Below the pieces are notes generated by a model. It saw only the letters and a list, made by a program, of their open reading frames with translations. It was not told the DNA's origin and made no database searches. Positions 12,581 through 23,874 of a DNA stretch of 64,000 nt are shown here, piece by piece; the stretch's first letter is position 1; every line of letters starts with the position of its first letter. Where the stretch lies: the NCBI GenBank assembly GCA_964019335.1, contig OZ025674.1, positions 372,001 through 436,000 on the forward strand. Reading direction: 5' to 3'. The DNA comes from Diplonema japonicum (lineage: Eukaryota > Protista > Euglenozoa: Diplonemea). Position numbers and translations under genes: made by a program.

Positions 12581-13346
12581 CTCCAGTCAGATTTTCAAGG
12601 GTGGGAGTGAATATAATATTTCACATTATTTCACGCTTCACTTTATTTTCATTGCAGATTTCAGGCTTGTTTTAGGAAGAAAACAGGGGCAGAAATGAAA
12701 ATTACTTTATGAGTGAATATAAAGTACTTTATATTCACGCTAGCCCTATTTTCACTGCACAGCAAGGGGTCGGGGGCGAAAACACGGAAAAGGAATCACC
12801 TAAGTGGTTACCACACAGGCCCCTTGTTTTGGAAACCCCGGTTCGAATCTGGGAATCTCACTTTTTACGTCACTCAAGGATCTGGTCGCCTCTCAACAGA
12901 AGGGGAGAGAGGTGGGCTTGGCAAGCCAGCAGCGGTGACAGCTGCTAGTGGGGCAACCTCAGCAACCCAGGCAGCAGCCCCACAGGTCCAGACCGAGGTC
13001 CTGTCAGCACCCATGGACGCACAGCCCGCACCACACAGGATATGCCTTGACAATCAATATCAACCATAAGCACCCCCAATAAGATTTGTAACTTGTAACC
13101 TGTAATGCCCCACCCTTTCAAATCTGACTGACGTTAAATAAAACAACGGATTTAGTGAAAATAGATCCGATTTTCACTTGTGGTGGCATGTTTAACTCGT
13201 TGATGTTACTTCACTCGCTTCGCTCGTGAAGTAGACATTCATGACTGCACTCGCTTCGCTCGTGAAGTCATATACCCACTCGTTAAACCACTGCCACCAC
13301 GCGTGCAAATCATACGATCTTATTTTCACTAAATAAATAGTTATTT
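12571..13346. mobile_element. Non-autonomous IR + terminal long-hairpin element, copy A
   Basis: IR pair 12584-12605 / 13109-13130, followed by a ~200 nt hairpin (13141-13346). Homologous to 34344-34968 and 40602-41128. Confidence 0.75.
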
Positions 13347-14718
13347 TTTTTTTTATCTCTCTTTTTTTTTCTTTTTTTATACAAAAAATGCTCGTCAAGT
13401 TTCTCTCCGAGGCTTCATTAAAAAAAAGGGGGGGGGGGGAGGGGACACTCGACTATTTTTTCGTGTTTTTAACCTTAAACAGCCAACTGCGCCAGCGCAC
13501 AACGAACGTCTTAGTGACTGCCCCCCAGGAGAAATAAGAAGTAAAAGGTTTTTCTTTTTCTTTCGTGTGCCGAGCTAAAAGATTTTTCTTTTTATAGTTT
13601 CTTAAAAAAAAAAAAAAAAAATCTTTTCTGCTCAAAAATACGACGAAAGATCATAAAGAATGGGTTTGACCCAGTGTTAAGCCCTTTGGACTTAAAATTG
13701 TAAAAAAGGAAATATTAATAGAAAAAATGGGGTTTTGTTTTCTTTGCATCCACTTAAGCTGACAAACTTGTGTCGAAGAAACTTAGGTTTGAGAAATCAG
13801 CGGAAAGGCAAACAAATGCAGGTTATTTTCCCGAAGGGAAAAACGAAATAGAAAAGAAAACAATTTTTTTTTCTTTTTTTTTTCTTTTTATCCCAGGGCA
13901 CCTACAAGAAAAAGAGAAAAAAAGAAGGTGAAAAGGGGGCCCTCCCCACCTGATTTTTGTCTTGTTGCCCCTGTTTTCGACTTTATATCCCCCGCCCCAC
14001 CCCACCCCACGAATTACACTCTCTATTCTATCTTCTTCCTAAGAAGGGAAAAAGGAAAAAAAAAATCTACCAAAATCGAAATCTATCTAACCCGCATTGA
14101 AAGAAATTTAAAAAAAAAAAAGAAAAAAAAAAGGGAAAGAGAGACAAGACTAGTCAAGGAAGGCAATAAAGGGGTGGGAAAAGAAGAAAAAAAAAAGGAG
14201 CATTTTCAGTTAACACTTTTCTTCTTCACTCCGTGTATTTCTTTTTTACCCCCCCCACCCCACCCACCTCTTATCTCTTCCTCCCTACTCCTAATGTTAT
14301 TTGTTGCAATTCTTTTCTGCCACGATGTAGTCACAGCCCAGTCCCTGCCCCCACCCACCCTTTTTTTTTTTTTTCTTCTGGATCTTCTTCCCGAATTCTT
14401 TCACTTACAGATTTCTCGAGGAGTACATCTATCTGATGCTAGTGAGGGGGGCACAGTGACTCCCCACCCCCTTCTCTTTTCCCCCCCTCCCTTATTTTTT
14501 TGCAAACCCTTGTAATCAAGTTGGACTCCTTGAACAAAGGGAATTGGAAATGCAGTTTTTTTTTTTTCTCTTATTTTTTTTCCCCTCTCTCTTTCGACGA
14601 CTCCTTCCCCTTTTTTAATCTTTCCTCAGGTTAGTATTCCCCCTCCGCCCTTTATTTATCAGGAGGTCAACTTTATCTGTGTGACTCTAATTAAAGAAAA
14701 ATGGCTTTTTTTTTTTTA

Positions 14719-15101
14719 GGCAGAGGTGCGACAGAAGGCCAGGAGACTGCACACGGTGATGAAGAAGGTGTGGAACACATGGGAACTAGGGAGACTGCAG
14801 AAGAAGGTGAAAGGAAGGAGGGCCTTCCCTGCTGAGCCATGCAAGAGAGTACATACGCTGCGATCAATCGGAGGGACGAAGGCGGTGATCGGGTGGAGTA
14901 GAAGAGCAATCTTTGCATCAACGAAGACCAAGTACGACCTGGAGGAGCTGGGGAAGCAATGGGCAAAGGAAAGAAGGGAAAAAGTAGCCAAGCTGGGGAG
15001 GAGGCCGGCACGACCACCGAAGAAGGAGAAACCGCTGCTGAAGGGGGATAGGTGCAGGTAGAGCATGAGACAAGGGGGCGTCTCACAAAGACTTCCTTTA
15101 A
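14719..15101 (+). mobile_element. 3' fragment of LINE lineage B
   Basis: Near-identical to 29816-30199, with the same terminus CTTCCTTTAA. Confidence 0.93.
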
Positions 15102-15295
15102 TTTAAAAAAAAAAGGAGATTTTTCTTTGACATCCTCGTCCTGATTGATCTAATCAGAAAAAGTCGTTTTTTTTTTTATTTATTATTTAAGCCCTGTTGT
15201 CTGTGAGATCCTCTGGGTCGCACTTGTAACTTTTTTTTTTTTTAAAAAAAAAACCACTTAAATTACTGACGAATGAACTACTTTTTTTTTTTTTT

Positions 15296-15342
15296 TGCGG
15301 CGGGCCGTTGCTAACCACTTCGTTCCTATCATTGTGAATTTT
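15296..15342. repeat. Dispersed repeat family R2 fragment
   Basis: GGGCCGTTGCTAACCACTTCGTTCCTATCA recurs near 45495-45538 and, degenerate, near 50148-50180. A linked segment recurs at 37213-37318, 45245-45338 and 50055-50138. Confidence 0.7.
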
Positions 15343-15375
15343 TCTTTCTCGGAGAGATTCTGGATCTTTAAGTAT

Positions 15376-15424
<49 letters not shown>

Positions 15425-15712
15425 AAGGAGGGAGAGAGGGCGTGTCTTTTCTATTCTTCTTTACTATTTACTTTTAAACTATTTATGCAAAACAGAGTCA
15501 TATTCTTCCCCTCTCCCTTCCCTCCTCAAAGTTCCAAAGAAACAAAGAAGGGTAATTTAAAAAAAAAAAAGAGGACCCCCCAATCAAAAAAAGTTCATTC
15601 CTTTCTTTTTTTTCTCTCTTCTTCCACCAAAAAAAAAGGCAAACAAGGAGGGGGAGGAGGGGAGAGGGGGTATAAATAAAAAAAAAAAAAAAACAACAAA
15701 GAAAAAAAGAAA

Positions 15713-17133
15713 ATGCAGAAGATTCCGGAGCCACGTGATGCGAGTGATGCAAAAGACTGGCGCCGGATAACGATGGATAAGCCCACACTAGCAACCTTTC
15801 CAAAAGCAGACTTACAAGGCTGGGCTCTCAAGCTGAGCACAAGCGTGGTCAGCCCGTGGGATAAACGGTGGTTCATCTTCATAGGAAATTTCATCTGCTA
15901 CTTTCACTCACAAGATCCCAGCGCGAGATGCAGTGGGTGCTACTATATACCAGGCATGATGGTCGACCGCTTGGCAGAAATCCCAAACCATCCTTCCGCA
16001 CCAGTACATTTCAACAGCTACAAGGAAAACTGCGTTCTGTTCAGACCTGTAGTGCCGAGGAAGCCCGGCGGTGATTACAAAGATCTTATCTTGTCTTTAC
16101 CAGATGAGTTTCAGCTTAAAAAATGGGAGGCGTATGTAACTGGCCTCGTTCGAAGGCCGGTACCGCACGCACAATCTTCGCATCCACAACTTCATCCTGC
16201 GCCTGCTTCTTCGTTAGGTTCGCTGAGCAGTCCATTGGGCAGCCCTGTGTATAGTGGTGGTGGGAAACCTCCTTCCCGAGCTGCCCCGAACCCAATGCCG
16301 CCTCATTACCAAGCAATGTTGAAATTTTCAGGGATATCAGCGGAAGAAGTTGCGAACCATTCCGAGGATGTAATGCACATCATGCAGTTTGCTGAGAAGC
16401 ATGGCGGCGACCTGGCGCACCCGAAGCTCACAGATATCAACAACGCAATGCCGTCTTCACACACAGCACCACCGCCGTTGCCGCCAGGCGCAAATGTTCC
16501 TGTTAAACAGAAATATAAACTGTCCGAACTTGTCTCACCGCATGGAGCTTTGCAGATACATAGTAATTTGGTGAAATTGGACTCTGGAAGCCAGGGGGAG
16601 GTGTACAGGGCAACGAGGACGAAGGACCGAACAGATGTCGCGTTGAAAAAGATATTCATAAAAAACGAAAAGAAAGAGCTCCCCGCCCTGGAGAACGAGA
16701 TCAGCATGATGTACACTTCACACCACAAGAACATCGTCAACTTCTTCTCCGCGCATCGTCAGGGGGTATGAGGGGGAAAAAAAAAAAAAAAAAAAAAAAA
16801 AAGGACACGCTCTGGATCGCCATGGAGCTCATGTCAGGCGGCAAGCTGACCGACCTCCTGGACAACCACGTAAATTTCCAAGAAGACCAGATCGCTTACA
16901 TCTGCAAAAACATCATAGAGGGCCTGGCGTACATCCACAGCATGGGGAGAATACACAGGGACATAAAGAGCGACAATATACTCCTCAATGCAAAGGGTGA
17001 GGTTAAGCTCGGGGACTTTGGCTTCTGTGCTGCGCTGTCCGAAGGCGAAGCATTCAAAAGAAAAACAGTTGTGGGCACTCCCTACTGGATGGCTCCTGAG
17101 GTTATCAAGGGAGAGCCATATGACTACAAGGCA

Positions 17134-17183
<50 letters not shown>

Positions 17184-17560
17184 TGATATTTGGAGTATGG
17201 GTATTCTCGCATTAGAGCTCTGCGACGGAGAACCTCCCCTCATGGACCACCCTCCTATGAGAGCACTATATGTGATTGTGACACAGGCCGCCCCAAAGGT
17301 GTGTTGGGGATAGAGGGAAACAAAACGAGATTTTTTTTTTTTTTTGTAAAAAGGTGAAAAATGCTGAGCGATGGTCAAAGACGTGTCAGCACTTCCTGGA
17401 GTCGATGTTGCAAAAGAACCCGAAATACCGACCAGACGCTTGGGATCTACTGCAGCATCCGTTTTTGAAAAAGGTGTGAGGAAAAAAAGAGAAAAAAAAA
17501 AAAAAAAAAAAAAAAAAGGCCTCTCCAAGCGGTTCCTTCCTCGAACAGTTGCTGTTGTAG
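15713..17560 (+). CDS. PH-domain PAK/STE20 kinase; exons 15713-16765, 16804-17130, 17182-17298, 17354-17473, 17519-17560
   Basis: PH domain (LQGWALK...WDKRWFIF), PAK inhibitory-switch segment, HRDIKSDN, DFG and VGTPYWMAPE. Splicing gives YDYK|ADIWSMGI and HPFLKK|ASPS...TAG. Confidence 0.9.
16766..16803 (+). other. Intron, 38 nt, GTATGAGGGGG(A)26G, phase 0
   Basis: Joins SAHRQG to DTLWIAMELM and removes a stop and a frameshift. Confidence 0.93.
17131..17181 (+). other. Intron, 51 nt, GC-AG, GCATGATTT(A)41G, phase 0
   Basis: Joins YDYK to ADIWSMG and removes an in-frame TGA. Confidence 0.88.
17299..17353 (+). other. Intron, 55 nt, GT-AG, phase 0
   Basis: AAG|gtgtgt...gtaaaaag|GTG joins QAAPK to VKNAERWS. 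Confidence 0.85.
17474..17518 (+). other. Intron, 45 nt, GT-AG, poly(A)-filled, phase 0
   Basis: AAG|gtgtgagg...(A)n g|GCC gives a normal C-terminus after HPFLKK. Confidence 0.8.
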
Positions 17561-19089
17561 TGTATAAAGAAAAAAAAGTTTTTTTTTTATATCCTTTTTT
17601 TCCCGTATCCCACCCCCCCCCCCCCCCCCCCCACATGCATGGGGGGAGGAAATGAACAAAAAAAAAAAGAAATTAAGCAGCTTTTTACACATTTTATGAC
17701 GGGACAAAAAAAAAAGTGTTCAATCTTCATCCCTGTGTCCACACGGTGCATTCTCTTTAGCTCTCCAGCTGGTTTATTTATTTTTATTTATTTATTTTTT
17801 TTATTTTATTCAATATTCCTCCTCCCCCTGCCCCTGTTTTGGTCTGGTTTGTTTTCCCGTTTTATTTTTTTCTTCTTCTTCTTTTTTTTTTTTTTTTTCC
17901 TCCCGGGCGTTGTTTGAGGGAGCGGACCCCGAAACAAGCGAGGCAAAGCCAGATGAGGGCGACCACTGGCAGACATGAGGCTCATAAGGAGCATTATTGC
18001 AGAGATATTCCGCGTGCAACTTCGATGATCTGCCTTGTGCACAAAACGGTGAGCGTGAAAAACGTGAACTTTAAATGTTCTTTTTTTTTCCTTCTCTTTT
18101 TTTTTTCTCCGTCCTTGTTACCCACTTCCCTTCTGCGATATTGGATTATTTGTAAGGGAAGGAGGGGGGGGGGGGGGGGTAGGTGAGGCCGTATCTCTTC
18201 GTTCTTTATATTCCCCCCTCTTCTTTTTTTTTTTTAAATTTTATTCCACGGAAGTTCTCTTCATTATACTCACCTATCCCTTTGTTGCTTTCCAAAGAAG
18301 GAAAAAAAAAAGAATAATTGTAATGAACAAAGAGCGGTCGCGTCTTTAATTGTTTTCCTTTTTCCAAAAAAAAAAAAAAAAAAAAAAAAAAGCGACATTT
18401 ATGATTTTTTGGCTAAATGAGATTGACGAAAAATAGGGCAGTTTTGTTTTACGAATGAAGATGGGAAGGGCAATAAGGAGCAACAAAAGCAATATGGTTT
18501 TCCTAGGTGTTCAAGGTGGGCCTCTCGGGTGTTTTTTTTTTTTTTTTTTTGTGTTTTTTTCCTTCTTCTTTCCCCCCCCCCCCCCCCCCCCAATTCTAAT
18601 TCTGTAGGCATATTTTTTTTTGAACCCCTTTCAAACATTTTTTTCTTTTCCAACCAAAAAGCAGGGGTCCATATATATCGTGTGTTCTGTCTCATTTAAA
18701 AAAAAAAAAGAAGGGGGGAAAAAAAAAGAAAAAAACACCCTGACCCCTTTTCCCCAACTTGGAATCACCAACAATTTTTTGGCTCCCTAAAAAGAAAAAG
18801 AGAAAAAAAAAATACGAAAGAGAGAAAAATGACCTGAGGGAAAAAGAAAGGGAGGGGGAAAAAAAAAAACAGCACACACAAAAAAAAACACAAAACACAC
18901 TGCTTCGACTCCCTCCCCGTCTCCCCCTTTTTTCTTTTTTTTCTTTTTTTTTTTTTCCCCCACCCCATGTCAATGTCAGTTTCTAAAAATTAAACAGAAT
19001 TTTTTTTTTTTAAATAAAAGGTGGGGTGGTGGTGGTGGTGGTGGTGGTGCAGTGGCGAAAAACAAAAAACTTTTTTTTTTTTTCGATAA

Positions 19090-19184
19090 ATGCATGACAG
19101 TTATAGTGTAAGAGTGGTGGCAGTCATAATGGTGATAAAAGTGCTCATGTGCGAAGGGTCAGATTGCATAGTACGTATAAATCC

Positions 19185-19226
<42 letters not shown>

Positions 19227-19564
19227 AAAAAAAAGGATACCTACCGAGACTCAGTAAACGACCACAAAGGCAAGTTCAGAGCATGTTTCAACACAACAAG
19301 GGTGCTTGCTCTGGGGAACGTCCTGCGGAACGACTCAAACTTCAGGGGGACCGAAGCCAACTGTTTCGACACCTGTCTTTCAATAGGGCTCAACGAGATA
19401 AGCATCGGAAAAGAAGTCCGCAGTCCGGGAGACGGCATCTTAGCCATGTTCAGCGAGAACCCCGATCAACCGGAAAAATACTGCGCCTGTGTTATGGATT
19501 ACCCAGGGCACACCCACAGTGAATCATGTTCTGAGGACTATACACGATGGGTATGCTGGACGGG

Positions 19565-19602
<38 letters not shown>

Positions 19603-20271
19603 AAGGATATACCCCTCCACTGTGCGGGGGTTTCAGGAGATGAATGCAATCAAATGCTGAATTGCGAGTACTCCTCACAATGTTGCTACTTCAAAGGCAC
19701 CATCCCAGAGCACCCTTTGTGGAAAGCCTCTCGTATAGTACTTCAATGGGTGTTCCTTTCTGTGGCCATGGTGTTCATCATACAGGTCATTATATACAGC
19801 ATCTTCAAGGTAAGAGGTTCCTCCCGAAGGAGGTTCGGATACGGGGGTGACCTGTCCACTGGGATGCTTGCTGCTAGTGCTGAGCAGTACCACACAATGC
19901 TTGAAGCGCTGCCTCCTGCAACTATATCACCGGGCGATACCGGGACTGCTTGTACAATTTGTTTGGAAGATTTATCGGCTCCAGCGGGGTCAGGAGAAGA
20001 GTCTGGTGCTAAGCCTGGAGGTTGTGTGTCGCTTCCGAGCTGCGGGCACACTTTCCACCTTTCGTGCATTAAGACGTATGCGACTCATGAGGCGGCCAAG
20101 CTGCGGGTTGCGTTGTGTCCGAACTGCCGAGCGCATATTCTTGCGGAGGAGGGGGAGCAAGAAGAAACGGCGGAGGAGCAACAACAACAACAACAACAAC
20201 CACAACACGATGCCGCTGATGGCAGACCGAGAGACGAGGCCCACGCAATTGAATTGCAAGATATCCAGTAA
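19090..20271 (+). CDS. Transmembrane RING-H2 E3 ligase with Cys-rich ectodomain; exons 19090-19170, 19236-19550, 19606-20271
   Basis: Signal-peptide-like N-terminus, one TM helix and a RING-H2 pattern CTIC...CGHTFHLSC...CPNC. Confidence 0.82.
19171..19235 (+). other. Intron, 65 nt, GT-AG, poly(A)-filled, phase 0
   Basis: ATA|gtacgt...aaaag|GAT links the signal-peptide exon in frame. Confidence 0.75.
19551..19605 (+). other. Intron, 55 nt, GT-AG with A35, phase 0
   Basis: TGG|gtatgc...tccaag|GAT joins two overlapping ORFs. Confidence 0.87.
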
Positions 20272-20293
20272 AAAAAAAAAAAAAAAAAAAAAT

Positions 20294-20324
<31 letters not shown>

Positions 20325-20487
20325 GTTAAATTGAGCCAAATCGCTCACTCCCCTTTTTGTCAAAAAGAAGGGATATGGTTTTTTTTTTTGTTTTTGTTTT
20401 TGTTTTTGTTTCGTTTTGTTGCTCTTCCCTCACCCCCCCCCCCCCCCCCCGATAAATAGTGAAGTTTTTTTTTTTTTTTTTTTTTTT

Positions 20488-20597
20488 GCAAGAACGAGTC
20501 TTTTGACTTGTCTAAACAAAAAGGGGAACGTTGGCAACGTGTTTTCAGGTTGACAAGCTTTCTCCAGGTTTTACCCGGCACGTACAAACAACGGCCA
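20488..20597 (+). repeat. Dispersed ~110 bp repeat family R1
   Basis: GACTTGTCTAAACAAAAAGGGGAACGTTGGCAACGTG recurs at 21708-21785 and 35104-35200, and inverted and diverged at ~44039-44132. Confidence 0.8.
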
Positions 20598-21349
20598 GTT
20601 CTCTCTCTTTTTTTTTTTTTTTTAATTTTATCTTATCCTTCTTTTTATTATTCGTCGAGGAGAGGGAGGGACCAGCTTTCAGGAAGAAGGCTTTTTTTTT
20701 TTTCTTTTTTTCTGAAGAATAGGGGATACAAACGTCAGCAATGCACCACGGCGGGGTGGCAGTTAGCCTTATGAGGAGCACACATGTGGAGGTGGTTGCA
20801 TTACTAGCCACTTCGACACTCGCCGCAACCAAGAACCTGAATATTTTTTCTTTCTCTTTTTTCTTCTTCTTCTTCTTTTCTTTTCGCTTGAAGAGGAGAC
20901 CATTCACAACACCGGAACTGAGTAAAATAAAGAGAGGTTCTTTTTATTTTGGTGGTGGGTGGAACGAACAGGCATGCTTTAAAAAAAAAAAAAAAAAAAG
21001 AAACCACTGTAAAGTCCGACACCTTTTCATTTTACAGTGGGTTATCTTTTTCTTCCTCCCCCCTATCTGTGTGGTAGCTTCGTCTTCCTTATTATTATTA
21101 TTTTTTTTTTTTTTTTGGAGGGAGAAGAAAAAGTTCTAAATTTTTAGTTAGCGTAGCGTATTAGTACTTTTATTCACCATTTTTTTGGAGGGTTTTTTTT
21201 ATTTTTATTTTTATTTTTTAGTTTTCACAGGAAAAGCATTGGTTGTTAGACACGGTAGTTTAATCTCGCCATTCCATTCTTGAGGTCAAAAGAAAAAAAA
21301 AAAAAAAAAAAAAAACTTAAAAATAATTCGCCATTGATACTGGTGCTGA

Positions 21350-21380
<31 letters not shown>

Positions 21381-21505
21381 ACTAAAAGACGGTTGAACAA
21401 AAATCCTTTTTTTTTTAAATTTTTTTTTTATCCTTTATGTTTTTGTTTCGTATGAAAAAAAAAAGAAAAAAAGAAAAAAAAAGCCTTTTTTTTTTTTTTA
21501 AAGCG

Positions 21506-21537
<32 letters not shown>

Positions 21538-22084
21538 CCAAGTCAACAAGTGCCATTTTCGGCATCTTAGTTGTTCAGAACTATTCCGAACTGCTGAGAA
21601 GTACCTTCGTGCTCCAGTCCAAGCCGTTGAGTTGTTCCAAGCTGTGTGCGCCTAGAACATAGAACATATTCGTCCTCAAGTCGCTTGATTTTTTTTTTTT
21701 TTTTTTTGCAAACGAGTCTTTTGACTTGTCTAAACAAAAAAAAGGGAACGTTGGAAACGTGTTACGGGTTTTCAAATTTCTCCAGAGGAGGGTTTACAAG
21801 GAATGGACGCTAACTTTTAGGCACTTTTCCCACACACAAGACTTGTTCCACAGTTGCATGGGCACAGGCCGACTCAGTGCGGCTGGGGATTTCGAAGCCG
21901 TTAAACTCCATTTTTTTTTTTCGGGGGCCTTTGCAACACGTGTGATTGCCCCTTGGACCCTCGTCTCGTCTTGATGTTCTTGCCAAGCGGCAGCGGCAGC
22001 GCTGTCTGGCCCATGTTCCAGACCACCTCTGGACGTGAACAGTTTTTTTTTTTTTTTTTTATTTATTTACAACAAAAAAGAAGG

Positions 22085-22126
<42 letters not shown>

Positions 22127-22862
22127 ATGCTGACCAGAGGACTGGCAGGCGCACGGCCAACCGTTTACCGAATGGCCATGCAGACAAGGGGGATGGCAAT
22201 GTCCCCAACCACAGCATTACTAAGGGACAAGAGAACCAAAGACGGCAGGGAATTCAAGATTAGAAAAGTACACAGGAAGAACGACAACGACGGCGACACA
22301 GGAGAAGACATGGAGGAGGTCGTCTCACGGTTAGTGGAGGGCAGCAAGGAACTGGACGAGGAAATGGATGTCATGGAGGAAGAATTCGAAGCAAGCCTGA
22401 ACAAGCTCCTGGCCTTGTCTAAAGGTGGGACGGCAGGCTTAGAAGTCATCACCATCGACGGCAAGAGGCTCCCAGAAATCGCATCAATCTCCAGCCACGG
22501 GATCCAAGCGACCGTCAATGTTTACCACCAGCCTAACGTCCTGAAGGTCAAAAGTGCTATAGAGGATTCTGTGATTCCATACAAAACAAAGATGGGCATG
22601 TCATCCACCACCATTGCCGTTATACTCCCCAAAATGACTCGAGAACGCCGTGAGCAGCTCACGAGAACCGTTAAGGAAAAGCTGCACGAGCACCGAACTG
22701 CTCTCTTCAAGGCGCAGAAGCACCTGGAGCACACCTACCGAGAAGACATTTCCAAGCTGAACACAGTACAACACAGGGATTATATGAACGACATCCACGC
22801 CGCTGAGAAGGACGCCTCAAAGCACGCCGAAAAAGTAGCCAACGAGGTGACGGACCAGATTT

Positions 22863-22873
<11 letters not shown>
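22127..22873 (+). CDS. MRRF: Mitochondrial ribosome recycling factor-like protein
   Basis: Arg-rich, acid-free presequence. LPEIASIS...VKSAIEDS...ILPKMTRERREQL matches the RRF P-x-L-T-x-E-R-R signature. Confidence 0.72.
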
Positions 22874-22899
<26 letters not shown>

Positions 22900-23049
22900 T
22901 AGGGGAGGGAAAGAAAGTGTGTTTTTTATTTTTCTTCTTTTCTCTCGTTTCTTTTCATATATCTTTTTTTTTTACCCCCCCCCATTCCCTCCAGGTTTCC
23001 CCCCCCTTTTTTTTTCTAAAAAGAAAAAAAAAAAGAAATATATAATATA

Positions 23050-23874
23050 ATGATGCGTGGTACCAACACCACCGCCACTCGATGGCTGCTCCGGAAGAAG
23101 GTTCCGTCCCTCAGCCGTTCTGTTCGGTTCATCAGACAGTCCAGTATAAGTGTTGAGTCTCCTGAAGAGTTAGAGCTCCCTAGGTACCCGCAGTTGACGT
23201 CTGGAGGGGTTATAAGAACGTTGGATTACATGGGAACGGGGTTGTTTGCATGCACTGGTTGTGTCAATGCGGGGCTGCTCGGAATGGATGTCTTCGGGTG
23301 CACGGTAGTGGGGGCGGTGACCGCACTCGGAGGCGGGACAGTTCGAGACATCCTTCTAGGGAACACACCAGTAGGTTGGGTTCAGGAACCTGAATATTTA
23401 CGTATTGCAGTTGTGGCAGCATTTGGGACCTTTGTTGTGTGGAGCATCTTGGGGGAGAAGGGTAATGAGCTTTCAGGAAACATGGAAATGCTTATATTTT
23501 GGGTTGATTCTTTGGGTCTTGCTGCCTTTGCGATTATTGGGGTACAGAATGCAATCAGTACAGGGCTTGGTCCGCTCCCCTCCATTCTTTGTGGTGTGAT
23601 GACTGCAACATTCGGTGGATTGATGCGTGACTCTCTCTGCAACAAGCCTATTAGAATCTTGAACACTCATGATGAGACGTATGCAGCAGCTCCCCTCTCC
23701 TCCGCTGCTACGTATGTTGCCGGTCGTTCATATGGTATTCCCCTTGGTCAGCGAGTTGCGTTTAGTATACTGGCTGCTTTGTGTGTGCGGTATTATGCAG
23801 TGGAAAACGATTACAAATTGCCTTCTATAAAGCCCCCTGTCAATGACGCGAACGGGCAGGCAGAAGAAAAATGA
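23050..23874 (+). CDS. UPF0126 / prokaryotic-type TRIC channel family membrane protein with presequence
   Basis: Two internal repeats, TALGGGTVRDILL and TATFGGLMRDSLC, plus DSLGLAAF. About 7 TM segments. Confidence 0.85.
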   Translation: MMRGTNTTATRWLLRKKVPSLSRSVRFIRQSSISVESPEELELPRYPQLTSGGVIRTLDYMGTGLFACTGCVNAGLLGMDVFGCTVVGAVTALGGGTVRDILLGNTPVGWVQEPEYLRIAVVAAFGTFVVWSILGEKGNELSGNMEMLIFWVDSLGLAAFAIIGVQNAISTGLGPLPSILCGVMTATFGGLMRDSLCNKPIRILNTHDETYAAAPLSSAATYVAGRSYGIPLGQRVAFSILAALCVRYYAVENDYKLPSIKPPVNDANGQAEEK

